Shown here: piece after piece, positions 1 through 10,037 of the stretch
Numbering within the stretch: position 1 is the stretch's first letter
Layout of the letters: every line of letters starts with the position of its first letter
DNA from: a virus
Virus record (IMG/VR): IMGVR_UViG_3300020185_000003
Strand: one strand, 5' to 3'
Length of the DNA: 59,833 nt
The notes under the pieces: generated by a model
Told to the model about the DNA's origin: nothing
The model's input: the letters and a program-made list of their open reading frames with translations, nothing else
The model's database searches: none
Position numbers and translations under genes: made by a program

Positions 1-127
1 GATGAAAGACTCAAGACAGACGTAGAGACTATTCCTAACGCTTTAGAGAAGGTTAATTCTCTTAGAGGCGTAACTTATACAAAAGACGGTGTTCGTGGCT
101 TAGGAGTCATTGCACAGGAAATTGAGA
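1..127. repeat. terminal overlap copy 1 (identical to 59707..59833)
   Basis: Base-by-base identity of the first and last 127 nt of the window. Confidence 0.95.
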
Positions 128-261
128 AGGTTATTCCTGAGGTTGTTATGGACGGAGAGGAATTTAAGTCAGTCGCTTATGGAAACATTGTGGGCGTATT
201 GATTGAGGCGATTAAAGAATTGACTGCTGAGGTTGAGTATTTAAAGAAACAAATAAAATAG
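1..261 (+). CDS. C-terminal end of the long tail fibre (the 5' part lies at 56524..59833; the gene crosses the circular junction): intramolecular-chaperone / peptidase S74-like autoprocessing domain
   Basis: Frame 1 is open from base 1 to TAG 259-261. It translates SDERLKTDVETIPNALEKVNSLRGVTYTKDGVRGLGVIAQEIEKVIPEVV...GVLIEAIKELTAEVEYLKKQIK, the classic pattern of endosialidase/tail-fibre C-terminal chaperone domains. Bases 1-127 are identical to 59707-59833. Confidence 0.85.
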   Translation, partial: DERLKTDVETIPNALEKVNSLRGVTYTKDGVRGLGVIAQEIEKVIPEVVMDGEEFKSVAYGNIVGVLIEAIKELTAEVEYLKKQIK

Positions 262-262
262 T

Positions 263-724
263 ATGGCAGTACCGAGTTCAGGAGCGATAACTATGTTGGG
301 CATTGCTCAAGAAAGAAAGTATGGCTCGTATGGTTTTGGAACTATAAGTTCTCCAATAACAATGTTTGACTTGCTTAACGGTGGGGGTGCTAATGCATTC
401 CCATCTTTAAATACTTGCCCACAACCAAACACTCCTTCATATAGTATGTCAGGATGGTATGGATACAATCAATCTGCATCTTGCTCAACGTGTTATGAAA
501 TATTCCTTTCATTTGGAGACGAAACGTTTCAGGCTTGCAATGGGGAATTTACCCAATACTTTACCTCAACAGAGCCTTTTCAACCACCTTGGATGTCCGG
601 GGCAGAGATATACACTGACCCTGCTTGCCAAATAAAGGCTCAAGATGGATATTATTCAAATGGTAGCGAGTATGGTTTTTATTTTAGAGGCGAATGGGGA
701 GAGATGGGCTTTTGCGGGTTTTAG
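263..724 (+). CDS. hypothetical virion-module protein, Cys-containing, with a C-terminal YTD..DGYY module
   Basis: 153-aa ORF starting 2 nt after the fibre stop. Its C-terminus EIYTDPACQIKAQDGYYSNG resembles modules in 17656..18846. Confidence 0.65.
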   Translation: MAVPSSGAITMLGIAQERKYGSYGFGTISSPITMFDLLNGGGANAFPSLNTCPQPNTPSYSMSGWYGYNQSASCSTCYEIFLSFGDETFQACNGEFTQYFTSTEPFQPPWMSGAEIYTDPACQIKAQDGYYSNGSEYGFYFRGEWGEMGFCGF

Positions 725-757
725 GCAGTCTTTTTAGTAATGATAAAATTTATTTCA

Positions 758-765
758 TATATTTG
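758..765 (+). promoter_or_regulatory. Bacteroidota-type -7 promoter box (TATATTTG)
   Basis: Matches TAnnTTTG and lies 26 nt upstream of ATG 792, in a 67-nt AT-rich gap. Confidence 0.5.
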
Positions 766-791
766 CATTTAAACAAATAAAATTTAATATA

Positions 792-1046
792 ATGGCACAA
801 TTGACAGAAGCAGAAAAGGAGAAAATCACAATGTTGGTTTCTCAATTCAACAACTACAAACTCCAACTTGGAGACACTTATCTTAATCAACAAAGTCTTT
901 TGAAAAAGATTGATGAGGTTAAGGCTGAGTACGCTTTAGTTGAGCAAGAACTTATGGAGACTTATGGGTCTGATGCGGTTATTAATGTAGAGACAGGAGA
1001 AGTTACAGAAAAGACGGAAGCCCCTGAAATGAAAGTAGAGAAATAA
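792..1046 (+). CDS. hypothetical protein (acidic, coiled-coil-like)
   Basis: 84-aa ORF behind the -7 box, with heptad-like E/K-rich sequence. Confidence 0.6.
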   Translation: MAQLTEAEKEKITMLVSQFNNYKLQLGDTYLNQQSLLKKIDEVKAEYALVEQELMETYGSDAVINVETGEVTEKTEAPEMKVEK

Positions 1047-1304
1047 ATGGGACAGATAAGCACATATGGTAATGCTTCTACGCCTACGATAGATGACAGG
1101 GTTATTGGTACAGACATTGAAAATGAAAATGTAACTAAGAACTTTGAAGTCTCTCAAATCCTTTCTTTATTAAATGAAGCAGTTATTGTATTGCCCATAT
1201 ATACTGATAATACTTCGGCTTTGGCAGGAGGTCTTGTTGCAGGGAATCTATACAGAACGGCAGGAGTAGCCGGAAGTTCAAGCGTTGTGTGCGTTGTCTA
1301 TTAA
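1047..1304 (+). CDS. hypothetical protein sharing an N-terminal ISTY..IGTD..TKNF module with 53590..54312
   Basis: The ATG directly abuts the previous TAA. MGQISTYGNASTPTIDDRVIGTD..TKNF aligns with MARISTYPIDSNVVGSDKWIGTD..TKNF. Confidence 0.6.
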   Translation: MGQISTYGNASTPTIDDRVIGTDIENENVTKNFEVSQILSLLNEAVIVLPIYTDNTSALAGGLVAGNLYRTAGVAGSSSVVCVVY

Positions 1305-1316
1305 GACACCACAAAA

Positions 1317-1547
1317 ATGGATATAAGAAAAATATCTATCGGACCTGATTATAAATCAGGAGCGATGCATTATATAGTAGGTCAAGAAGTGTTAGGTGGT
1401 AACTATGTTATTCACCTAATACGTTTTGATTCCAATATCGAATCAGTAAAGATTTGGATTGAGAAGTTAAAGGGGAGTGAGGTTTTTCTTTGGAAAGAAT
1501 TCACATCTACTATGCCTATATCCATTGAGTACAACATTAATTTCTAA
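1317..1547 (+). CDS. hypothetical protein
   Basis: 76-aa ORF in compact same-strand packing. Confidence 0.55.
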   Translation: MDIRKISIGPDYKSGAMHYIVGQEVLGGNYVIHLIRFDSNIESVKIWIEKLKGSEVFLWKEFTSTMPISIEYNINF

Positions 1548-1551
1548 CACT

Positions 1552-1734
1552 ATGACCGAGCAAGACTACATAGACATTTCATCAGAGATTGAATCTTTAA
1601 AAGCATCAAAGGCACTTACTTCTTCGTTTGAAGAGGAGATGGAATTTGCTGACAAGATTCATAACCTTCAAATGAAACTTGATGGTGTTAAACCACAGGA
1701 TACGTTTGTTGATTGCATTGGTTGTGGTTCATAA
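1552..1734 (+). CDS. hypothetical small acidic protein
   Basis: Internal ATG 1552 of track ORF 1477..1734 was chosen because it removes the overlap with 1317..1547 (MTEQDYIDISSE...). Confidence 0.5.
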   Translation: MTEQDYIDISSEIESLKASKALTSSFEEEMEFADKIHNLQMKLDGVKPQDTFVDCIGCGS

Positions 1735-1742
1735 AAAACCAT

Positions 1743-2306
1743 ATGAAATCCCCATTTGATTTTATCGTAAGACCATTAGACGGAAAACGCTATAATAATA
1801 TAAAAAAAATTGGCAGTATTGATTTGATTGTTAGCACTTCTGAAGAAGATGTTAAGGCTTCAAATAGATTTGCTGAAGTTGTTGAAACGCCTATTGGATA
1901 CAACGGTCCAATTAAAATTGGAGACATATTACTTGTTCACCACAATGTGTTCAAGTTTTACAATGATATGAAGGGTCGTCAGAGAAGTGGCAGAAGTTAC
2001 TTTAAAGACGACCTTTTCTTTGTTGATGCCGAACAGTTCTTTATGCACTATGATGGCACACAATGGAATGCTTATGATAGGTTTTGTTTTATAAAACCCG
2101 TCCCTGTTGTGGAATCATACATATATAAACCTTTTAGTGAAGAGCCACTCATTGGAGAGATGAAATATCCTAACGAGTATTTAAAAAGTAAAGGTGTTAA
2201 AGAAGGAGATTTAGTTACCTTTCTTCCTGAAACAGAATACGAGTTTAACATTGATGGTGAGAAACTATATAGGATGTATGACCATCACATAAGTATGGTG
2301 TTGTGA
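1743..2306 (+). CDS. hypothetical protein
   Basis: Track ORF 1713..2306. ATG 1743 (MKSPFDF...) avoids overlap with the previous gene. Confidence 0.6.
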   Translation: MKSPFDFIVRPLDGKRYNNIKKIGSIDLIVSTSEEDVKASNRFAEVVETPIGYNGPIKIGDILLVHHNVFKFYNDMKGRQRSGRSYFKDDLFFVDAEQFFMHYDGTQWNAYDRFCFIKPVPVVESYIYKPFSEEPLIGEMKYPNEYLKSKGVKEGDLVTFLPETEYEFNIDGEKLYRMYDHHISMVL

Positions 2307-2387
2307 GCAAAGACAAGTGGATTTTTTTTGAAGACAGTTGGAATGAACATAATGAGATTCCAATTAGAAAAGAAAAAAGAATAAGAA

Positions 2388-2669
2388 ATGAACTCAAAAG
2401 AAACAAAATTAAAAATAATCGAAGCGGGTCACAGGGCGGTGGAGCAACTAATTAAGGTTGCTAAGGAAGACATTATTAAGCACGACCCCGAAGATGAGTT
2501 GTCTGCAGACAGGTTAAAGAATGCTGCGGCAACAAAGAAGTTAGCAATATTCGATGCGTTTGAAATCTTAAACAGGATAGACGCAGAACAAGAAGCAATA
2601 GAGTCCTTAGAGAAAGGCGCAAGTAAAACAGATACAAAACAAGGTTTTGCAGAAAGAAGGTCAAGATAG
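2388..2669 (+). CDS. hypothetical protein; position compatible with a small terminase subunit
   Basis: 93-aa helical, charged ORF immediately upstream of and overlapping the large terminase gene. The function is positional inference only. Confidence 0.5.
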   Translation: MNSKETKLKIIEAGHRAVEQLIKVAKEDIIKHDPEDELSADRLKNAAATKKLAIFDAFEILNRIDAEQEAIESLEKGASKTDTKQGFAERRSR

Positions 2670-4899
2670 TACCCTGTATAGAGTTTTACATAATTATGTA
2701 CAACCAACCGTCCTCGCTAATAAAAACAAAGCGAAGAGTTGGACCTATGGCTATGATTTTAAAAATGACCTTATCGTAATATCTAAAGATGGAACCGTTG
2801 GTGAAGTTATTGAGATTGAAGGATTAAAAATAGGACTACCAATTGCTCCAAAGGAGTGTCTTCAAAGACACAAAAAAAAAGAGGAGCAGTATTGGGAACG
2901 TGTTGAAATCCCAAACGAGTTAAATAAAATTCAAACAATATTTCAATGGAACGAAAAGCCTTCTGAATTCAAGGACAGATGGGTGGACTATATTGAGGAA
3001 GAGTTTGACAGGAGGGAGAATGGGGTATGGTTTATGAATAATGGAACCCCAACATATATAACAGGGTCTCATTATATGTACCTTCAATGGACAAGCATTG
3101 ATGTTGGATACCCGGATTATCGTGAAGCCAATAGAATCCTGTATATACATTGGGAGGCTTGTAAGGCTGACAGTAGAAGTTTTGGACAGATATATCTAAA
3201 GATTAGACGTTCAGGATTTTCATTTATGTCTTCATCAGAGTGTGTAAACACAGGAACTCTTGCGAAAGATGCAAGGGTTGGCATCTTGTCAAAGACAGGT
3301 GCTGATGCTAAGAAGATGTTTACGGATAAGGTTGTTCCAATTAATAGCCGATTACCATTTTTCTTTAAACCGATTATGGATGGTATGGACAAACCTAAAA
3401 CTGAATTAGCGTTTAGGATTCCTGCGGCAAAAATTACAAAAAAGAATATGTACAATGCAGACAACAATGAGTTGTATGGATTGGATACCACTATAGATTG
3501 GAAGAATACAGACGACAACAGTTATGATGGTGAGAAGTTGTTGTTATTGGTTCACGATGAAAGTGGAAAGTGGATTAAACCAAATAACATTCAAAACAAT
3601 TGGCGAGTAACAAAAACTTGTTTGCGTTTAGGTAGTAAGATTATAGGTAAGTGTATGATGGGTTCCACCTCTAATGCGTTAGCAAAAGGTGGTGACAACT
3701 TTAAACAACTTTATGAGGACTCTAATGCGTTAAAGAGAAACTCAAATGGTCAAACCAAAAGCGGTATGTATTCTCTTTTCATTCCTATGGAATGGAATAT
3801 GGAAGGATTTATTGACAGGTATGGTATGCCCGTGATGCATAAGCCCACCAATAACCCCATAATTGGAGTTGATGGTGGGAATATCCATCAAGGTGCAGTT
3901 GACTATTGGGAGAACGAGGTTGAGTCTTTAAAGAACGATGCCGATGCACTTAATGAATTCTACCGTCAGTTTCCTCGCACAACGTCTCACGCTTTCCGTG
4001 ACGAAAGCAAGATGTCATTGTTCAATCTGACTAAGATATATCAGCAGATAGACTACAATGATTCATTAATAAAAGAACACCATATGACTCGTGGGTCTTT
4101 TTCTTGGAAGGATGGTATAAAAGATTCAAAGGTTATTTTTAGTCCAAACAATAACGGAAGGTTTTCGATTGGTTGGAATCCAAAAGCACATCTTCAGAAT
4201 AATATAATTATAAGGAATGGTATTAAGTACCCGGGGAATGAGCACATAGGTGCATTCGGATGTGACAGTTATGATATTTCGGGTGTTGTTGGCGGTGGGG
4301 GTTCTAATGGTGCTCTTCACGGATTAACTACATATCATATGGAAGAAGCACCTGTCAATACTTTTTTCTTAGAATATATTGCTCGTCCTCAAACCGCAGA
4401 GATATTTTACGAAGAGGTTCTTATGGCTTGTGTATTTTATGGTATGCCAATTCTAATCGAGAACAACAAACCTCGTTTGCTTTACCATTTTAAAAATAGA
4501 GGCTACAGAGGGTTCTGTATGAATAGACCTGATAAAGCATATACAAACCTGTCAAAAACAGAAAAAGAACTCGGAGGTATTCCGAATACGAGTGAAGATA
4601 TTAAACAGGCACACGCTGCTGCAATAGAATCTTATATTGAAAAATATGTTGGCTTAGACTTAGATGGAAGTTATAGAGATATGGGGGATATGGGAGATAT
4701 GATTTTTACCCGAACCTTGGAAGATTGGGCAAGGTTTGATATATCGAACAGAACCAAGCACGATGCCTCTATTAGTTCAGGGTTGGCTATTATGGCAACT
4801 CAGAAGGCTATGTATTTAAGCGAGAAAAAACAATCAAAAATAAAGATTAACTTTGCAAGGTATAGTAATAAAGGAACAATAAGCGAAATTATTAGATGA
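2647..4899 (+). CDS. terL: terminase large subunit
   Basis: 750 aa. It has a Walker-B-like LLLLVHDESGKW, a coupling-like MMGSTSN, and nuclease-like acidic motifs (GAFGCDSYD, ILIENN). It lies directly upstream of the portal-scaffold-capsid order. The Walker A motif is deviant (KIRRSGFS). Confidence 0.65.
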   Translation: MQKEGQDSTLYRVLHNYVQPTVLANKNKAKSWTYGYDFKNDLIVISKDGTVGEVIEIEGLKIGLPIAPKECLQRHKKKEEQYWERVEIPNELNKIQTIFQWNEKPSEFKDRWVDYIEEEFDRRENGVWFMNNGTPTYITGSHYMYLQWTSIDVGYPDYREANRILYIHWEACKADSRSFGQIYLKIRRSGFSFMSSSECVNTGTLAKDARVGILSKTGADAKKMFTDKVVPINSRLPFFFKPIMDGMDKPKTELAFRIPAAKITKKNMYNADNNELYGLDTTIDWKNTDDNSYDGEKLLLLVHDESGKWIKPNNIQNNWRVTKTCLRLGSKIIGKCMMGSTSNALAKGGDNFKQLYEDSNALKRNSNGQTKSGMYSLFIPMEWNMEGFIDRYGMPVMHKPTNNPIIGVDGGNIHQGAVDYWENEVESLKNDADALNEFYRQFPRTTSHAFRDESKMSLFNLTKIYQQIDYNDSLIKEHHMTRGSFSWKDGIKDSKVIFSPNNNGRFSIGWNPKAHLQNNIIIRNGIKYPGNEHIGAFGCDSYDISGVVGGGGSNGALHGLTTYHMEEAPVNTFFLEYIARPQTAEIFYEEVLMACVFYGMPILIENNKPRLLYHFKNRGYRGFCMNRPDKAYTNLSKTEKELGGIPNTSEDIKQAHAAAIESYIEKYVGLDLDGSYRDMGDMGDMIFTRTLEDWARFDISNRTKHDASISSGLAIMATQKAMYLSEKKQSKIKINFARYSNKGTISEIIR
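2856..2871. repeat. PAL16 copy A (GTGTCTTCAAAGACAC, exact)
   Basis: Lies inside the terminase CDS and is read as E-CLQRH. Confidence 0.95.
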
Positions 4900-7331
4900 A
4901 AGATGTTAAGATAAATATCACATCTGCAGGCTTCCCGAGTCAGTTTGTTTCAGACAAAGAAAAGGCTACGGAAGAATTCGGTTTACAGATTGGGCAAGCC
5001 ATTCAGTATGAGTGGTTTAGAAAAGATGGTAACGGGTGCAGATACTATGGTCAATGGAGAGACTTCCATAGACTTAGATTGTATGCTCGTGGAGAACAAT
5101 CAGTAGCAAAATACAAAAACGAATTAGCCGTTGATGGAGATTTATCTTATTTGAATATAGATTGGACTCCTGTTCCTGTTATACCAAAGTTTATTGACAT
5201 CGTTGTAAATGGAATGTCTGATAGACTTTTCAAAGTAAAGGCATACGCACAAGATGCTATGTCTCAAGAAAAAAGAAGTGCTTATCAAGATATGATTGAA
5301 GGACAGATGGTTGCTAAACCAATCCTTCAGACTATTATGGATAAAACAGGAGCCAATCCTTTTGTTACTGAACCTGAAGAACTTCCTAATAATGACGAAG
5401 AGTTAGCATTGTATATGCAACTCAACTACAAACCTGCAATTGAAATTGCGGAAGAGACTGCAATCAACACGATTTTTGATGCCAATCATTACGATGATAT
5501 CAGAAAACAACTTGATTATGATATGACTGTACTTGGTGTTGCTATGGCTAAACACGAATTTCTAAAAGGAGATGGTGTCAAGTTGTCGTATGTAGACCCT
5601 GCAAATGTGGTGTATAGTTACACAGAAAGCCCTTACTTCAAAGATTGTTTCTATTGGGGTGAGATTAAGACGGTTCCTATTATTGACCTAAAAAAAATTG
5701 ACCCATCACTAACCAATGAAGACTTAGAAGAGATATCTAAGTACAGTCAAAGTTGGTGGGACTATTTTAATGTAGCACAGTTTTATCAGAACGATATTTT
5801 CTATAGAGACACCGCTACGTTGATGTACTTCAACTATAAGACCACAAAAGAAATCGTATATAAGAAGAAGGTTTCTGATTCGGGTAATGTAAAAATGGTA
5901 GAGAAGGATGATTCATTCAACCCTCCTACCGAAATGATGCAAGAAGGAAACTTTGAAAGAGTTTCAAAAACTATTGACGTTTGGTATGAGGGTGTTATGG
6001 TTATGGGAACCAACTTCCTTTTAAAATGGGAGATGTCAAAGAATATGGTTCGACCTAAGTCTGCGACACAACACGCTATGCCTAATTACGTAGCCTGTGC
6101 TCCAAGAATGTATAAGGGTGTTATAGAATCGTTGACACGAAGAATGATTCCGTTTGCAGACTTAATTCAAATTACGCACTTAAAACTGCAACAAGTTATT
6201 TCTCGTGTGGTCCCTGATGGTGTCTTTATTGATGCTGACGGTCTAAACGAGGTGGACCTTGGTACAGGTCAAGCATATAATCCTGAAGACGCACTGAGAT
6301 TATACTTCCAAACGGGTAGTGTAATCGGTAGAAGTTTTACTCAGGACGGTGACTATAACAATGCAAGGGTTCCAATTACTCAACTAACTGCTAACTCAGG
6401 TGCTGCTAAAACACAAATGCTACTTGGAAACTATAACCACTATCTGAATCAAATCAGACAGGTTACAGGATTGAATGAAGCAAGAGATGCAAGTATGCCT
6501 GACCCTAACTCTTTGGTTGGTCTACAGAAGTTGGCTGCGTTAAACTCTAACACTGCTACACGACATATTCTTGATTCAAGTCTGTATATGTATAGAACAA
6601 TGGCTGAGTGTTTAACTTATAGAGTTGCAGATATTCTTGAGTACTCTGATTTTAGAGAAGAGTTTACTAATCAAATTGGTAAATACAACATTAATATCTT
6701 ACATAGTATTAATGACCTCTATATTTATGACTTTGGCATTTTTATTGAAGTCGCTCCTGATGAAGAGCAAAGAGCACAACTTGAGCAGAACATTCAAATG
6801 GCATTATCTAAGGGAGACATTAATCTCGAAGATGCTATTGATATCAGGGAGATTAAAAACATCAAACTTGCTAATCAATTACTGAAGGCTAAGCGTAAGG
6901 CTAAGCAAGACAGAGAAGAGAAAATGCAAATGCAGCAACAAGCAATGCAGCAGCAGGCTCAGGTTCAATCACAACAGATGGCTTCTGAAATGTCTATGCA
7001 AAAGTCTCAGATGGAACTTCAAGGTAAGATACAATTGAAGCAGGCTGAGATTGCTTTTGATATTGAGAAAATGAAGAACGAGGCTATGCTTAAATCTCAA
7101 TTAATGCAACAGGAGTTCGATTTGAATATGCAGTTAAAAGGAATTGAGGTTCAGGGATTAGCCCAAAGAGAAAAAGAAAGAGAGAAAGCGAAGGCTGATA
7201 GAATTGGTATTCAAAATACTCAGCAATCCAAATTGATAAACCAAAGGAAAAATAATTTACCTCCTTTGAACTTTGAATCTAATGAAGATAGTTTAGATGG
7301 CTTTGATTTTGCGGAATTTAACCCACGATAA
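4896..7331 (+). CDS. portal protein (probable)
   Basis: 811 aa, ATGA overlap with the terminase gene, followed by scaffold and capsid genes, with a Q-rich coiled-coil C-terminus. The call rests on size and synteny. Confidence 0.65.
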   Translation: MKDVKINITSAGFPSQFVSDKEKATEEFGLQIGQAIQYEWFRKDGNGCRYYGQWRDFHRLRLYARGEQSVAKYKNELAVDGDLSYLNIDWTPVPVIPKFIDIVVNGMSDRLFKVKAYAQDAMSQEKRSAYQDMIEGQMVAKPILQTIMDKTGANPFVTEPEELPNNDEELALYMQLNYKPAIEIAEETAINTIFDANHYDDIRKQLDYDMTVLGVAMAKHEFLKGDGVKLSYVDPANVVYSYTESPYFKDCFYWGEIKTVPIIDLKKIDPSLTNEDLEEISKYSQSWWDYFNVAQFYQNDIFYRDTATLMYFNYKTTKEIVYKKKVSDSGNVKMVEKDDSFNPPTEMMQEGNFERVSKTIDVWYEGVMVMGTNFLLKWEMSKNMVRPKSATQHAMPNYVACAPRMYKGVIESLTRRMIPFADLIQITHLKLQQVISRVVPDGVFIDADGLNEVDLGTGQAYNPEDALRLYFQTGSVIGRSFTQDGDYNNARVPITQLTANSGAAKTQMLLGNYNHYLNQIRQVTGLNEARDASMPDPNSLVGLQKLAALNSNTATRHILDSSLYMYRTMAECLTYRVADILEYSDFREEFTNQIGKYNINILHSINDLYIYDFGIFIEVAPDEEQRAQLEQNIQMALSKGDINLEDAIDIREIKNIKLANQLLKAKRKAKQDREEKMQMQQQAMQQQAQVQSQQMASEMSMQKSQMELQGKIQLKQAEIAFDIEKMKNEAMLKSQLMQQEFDLNMQLKGIEVQGLAQREKEREKAKADRIGIQNTQQSKLINQRKNNLPPLNFESNEDSLDGFDFAEFNPR

Positions 7332-7359
7332 ACGGTCTAAAACTATAACAATTTTTGAT

Positions 7360-7367
7360 TAACTTTG
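7360..7367 (+). promoter_or_regulatory. Bacteroidota-type -7 promoter box (TAACTTTG)
   Basis: Matches TAnnTTTG and lies 20 nt upstream of ATG 7388. Confidence 0.5.
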
Positions 7368-7387
7368 TAACTTAAATTAAATCTAAT

Positions 7388-8497
7388 ATGGAATTTACAG
7401 TAAAATCAGTAGGCGAAGCGAAAGAGAAATCGGTTCAAGAAGTAGAACAAGAACTGCTTGAAAAGCACGAGTCCTCTTTAAACGAGCCTAAAATAAAAGA
7501 AGAAGTAAACCCACAGGTTGACAATTCGCAAGAAGATGTAAACCTACAGGTTGACAAAGCAGAACCCTCAGAGTTAAGTGAGGAAGACGTTCTTTCATTT
7601 ATAGGAAAAAAATACGGTAAGCAAATTAATTCCCTTGAGGAGTTGACCCGTGAAAGAGAAGAGTCAGAACCTCTTCCTGAAGACGTGGCTGCTTACTTTA
7701 AGTATAAAAAAGAAACAGGAAGAAACATTGAAGACTTTATTAAACTTAATAGAGACCTTGATGAAGTAAATCCTGATAAGTTGCTTCGTGATTATCTTAC
7801 CGAGACAGAGAAAGGTCTTGACGAGGAGGATATTCAATCTTTAATGGAAGACTATTCATATGACGAAGAGTTAGATGATGAGTCAACTATTAAGAAAACG
7901 AAGTTGGCTAAAAAGAAAATGGTCGCAAAAGCCAAAGAGTATTTTGAATCCCAAAAGGAAAAATACAGAATCCCTGCAGAGTCTGCAGGTAGTTCTATTT
8001 CCAAAGAAGATTCAGAAGCCTTGGAGGATTATAGACAATATGTTCAAGAGTCAGTGTCATTAAGTGAGCAACTCCAAAAACGAGAGCAGTGGTTTAAAGA
8101 CAAGACAGGTGAAGTATTCGGTAGTGAGTTCAAAGGTTTTGAGTTTGCGTTAGACGATAAAAAACTTGTTTATGTTCCCGGAGATGGACAGGAAATGTTG
8201 AAAGTACATCAAGACCCTACAAACTTTACGAGAAAGTTTATTGGGGAGGATGGTCTTCTAACAGACCCTGTTGGTTATCACAAAGCATTGGCGGTTGCAA
8301 TGAATCCTGAAAAATTTGCTAAGTTCTTTTATGAGCAAGGCAAGTCGGAGGCGGTTGATGATGTTATGAGAAAGACAAAAAATATTGATATGTCTACTCG
8401 TAATGTCCCACAAAACCTCAACACAGGAGGAACAACCATTCGAGCAGTAAGCCAAGACTCAGGTCGAGGTTTACGAATTAAAAGTAACAAAAACTAA
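7388..8497 (+). CDS. scaffolding protein (probable)
   Basis: 369 aa, very acidic and E/K-rich, located between the portal and major capsid genes. Confidence 0.55.
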   Translation: MEFTVKSVGEAKEKSVQEVEQELLEKHESSLNEPKIKEEVNPQVDNSQEDVNLQVDKAEPSELSEEDVLSFIGKKYGKQINSLEELTREREESEPLPEDVAAYFKYKKETGRNIEDFIKLNRDLDEVNPDKLLRDYLTETEKGLDEEDIQSLMEDYSYDEELDDESTIKKTKLAKKKMVAKAKEYFESQKEKYRIPAESAGSSISKEDSEALEDYRQYVQESVSLSEQLQKREQWFKDKTGEVFGSEFKGFEFALDDKKLVYVPGDGQEMLKVHQDPTNFTRKFIGEDGLLTDPVGYHKALAVAMNPEKFAKFFYEQGKSEAVDDVMRKTKNIDMSTRNVPQNLNTGGTTIRAVSQDSGRGLRIKSNKN

Positions 8498-8515
8498 AAC
8501 TAAAAAACAAAAAAA

Positions 8516-9949
8516 ATGGCAGTTCAATCCGTTCCGGGATATCAGTTGCAGCCGAGTGCACAACAGGTCCCTTTAAAATCAAACTACATTACCAACTTTG
8601 ATTTCTTGAATCAGTATCTTCCTGATACCTATGAGAAAGAATTCGAGCGTTACGGTAATCGTACAGTTGCATCTTTCCTACGTATGGTAGGAGCAGAGAT
8701 GCCTTCTAATTCTGACCTTATCAAATGGGCAGAGCAAGGTCGTCTTCATACTAAGTATGTTGATTGTACCACTACAGTTCTTGCAGGTTCTGCAGTAGCA
8801 ACTTTCACTGTTAATGATGTCTTGATTCCTGCATTTGTAAATGCTGCTTCAGGTTCTATCGCTATCCGTGTAGGGCAGACGCTTATGATTACCGCTAATG
8901 CAGGTGGTGCAAACCACAAAGCAATCGTTACTGCAGTTGATACTGCTCTTAAAACGTTTGACGTAGCGTTCTACGATGCTGCAGGTATCACTAATGCTTC
9001 TGCTGCTGACAAGTGGACAGTATTTATCTATGGTTCTGAATTCAAAAAAGGAACTAATGGAATGATTGGTTCTTTGGAGTCTGACGATGAAATCTTCGAG
9101 AACTCTCCTATCATCATCAAAGACAAGTACGCAGTATCAGGTTCTGATATGGCTCAAATCGGATGGGTAGAAGTAACCACTGAGAATGGTGCTTCAGGTT
9201 ACCTTTGGTATTTGAAGTCAGAGCACGAGACTCGTCTTCGTTTTGATGACTACTTGGAGACTTCTATGATTGAAGCAGTTCCTGCTGAAACAGGTTCAGG
9301 TGCAGCATCTGCAGCCGGAGACGTTGGTAACAAAGGTTCACAAGGTATCTTCTACGTTGTTAACTTGCGTGGTAACGTATGGGGCGGTGGTTATCCTGTA
9401 ACTCTTGCCGACTTTGATACTATCGTATCTCGTTTGGACAAGCAAGGTTCTATCGAAGAGAACGTAATCTTTGTTGACAGAAACTTTAGTTTCTCTATTG
9501 ACGATATGTTGGCTGCTCAAAACTCTTACGGTGCGGGTGGTTCTTCTTATGGTCTTTTTGAAAACGATAAGGATATGGCTCTTAACTTGGGCTTCACCGG
9601 ATTCCGTAGAGGTTATGATTTCTACAAGTCTGATTGGAAATACTTGAACGACCCAACTATGCGTGGAGGTCTTCCTTCTGTTGCAGGTTCAGGTAAAGTA
9701 AGCGGTTTGTTGGTTCCTGCGGGTTCTACTACTGTATATGACCAAATCCTTGGTAAGAACGCTAAGCGTCCTTTCCTACACGTGCGTTACCGTGCTTCAG
9801 AAACTGAAGACAGACGTTACAAAACTTGGATTACAGGTTCTGCAGGTGGTGCTGAAACTTCTGACCTTGACGCAATGGAGGTTAACTTCTTGTCTGAAAG
9901 AGCAGTATGTACTTTAGGTGCTAACAACTTCTTCTTGTTCCAAAACTAA
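8516..9949 (+). CDS. major capsid protein (probable)
   Basis: 477 aa. The position after the scaffold gene, strongly biased codon use and a strong terminator immediately downstream support the call. Confidence 0.7.
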   Translation: MAVQSVPGYQLQPSAQQVPLKSNYITNFDFLNQYLPDTYEKEFERYGNRTVASFLRMVGAEMPSNSDLIKWAEQGRLHTKYVDCTTTVLAGSAVATFTVNDVLIPAFVNAASGSIAIRVGQTLMITANAGGANHKAIVTAVDTALKTFDVAFYDAAGITNASAADKWTVFIYGSEFKKGTNGMIGSLESDDEIFENSPIIIKDKYAVSGSDMAQIGWVEVTTENGASGYLWYLKSEHETRLRFDDYLETSMIEAVPAETGSGAASAAGDVGNKGSQGIFYVVNLRGNVWGGGYPVTLADFDTIVSRLDKQGSIEENVIFVDRNFSFSIDDMLAAQNSYGAGGSSYGLFENDKDMALNLGFTGFRRGYDFYKSDWKYLNDPTMRGGLPSVAGSGKVSGLLVPAGSTTVYDQILGKNAKRPFLHVRYRASETEDRRYKTWITGSAGGAETSDLDAMEVNFLSERAVCTLGANNFFLFQN

Positions 9950-9964
9950 GAGGAAAACAAAATC

Positions 9965-9999
9965 GGGGGGGTGTCTTCAAAGACACTCTCCCTTTTTTT
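9965..9999 (+). terminator. rho-independent terminator built on PAL16 copy B
   Basis: GGGGGG-GTGTCTTCAAAGACAC-TCTCCC extended stem followed by T7, 16 nt after the capsid stop. Confidence 0.8.
9971..9986. repeat. PAL16 copy B (GTGTCTTCAAAGACAC, exact)
   Basis: Intergenic; forms the apex of the capsid terminator. Confidence 0.95.
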
Positions 10000-10037
10000 C
10001 TTAATAAATCTAATTCTAATTCTAATTATATCTAAAA

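Noticed and set aside
1293-1309. GTTGTCTATTAAGACAC as a further PAL16 copy.
   Set aside because: Only 5-bp arms (TGTCT/AGACA) remain around a 4-nt spacer, which is too degenerate to count. Likewise the half-sites at 44352 (GTGTCTT) and 29387, 35792 and 52916 (AAGACAC) lack a partner arm.
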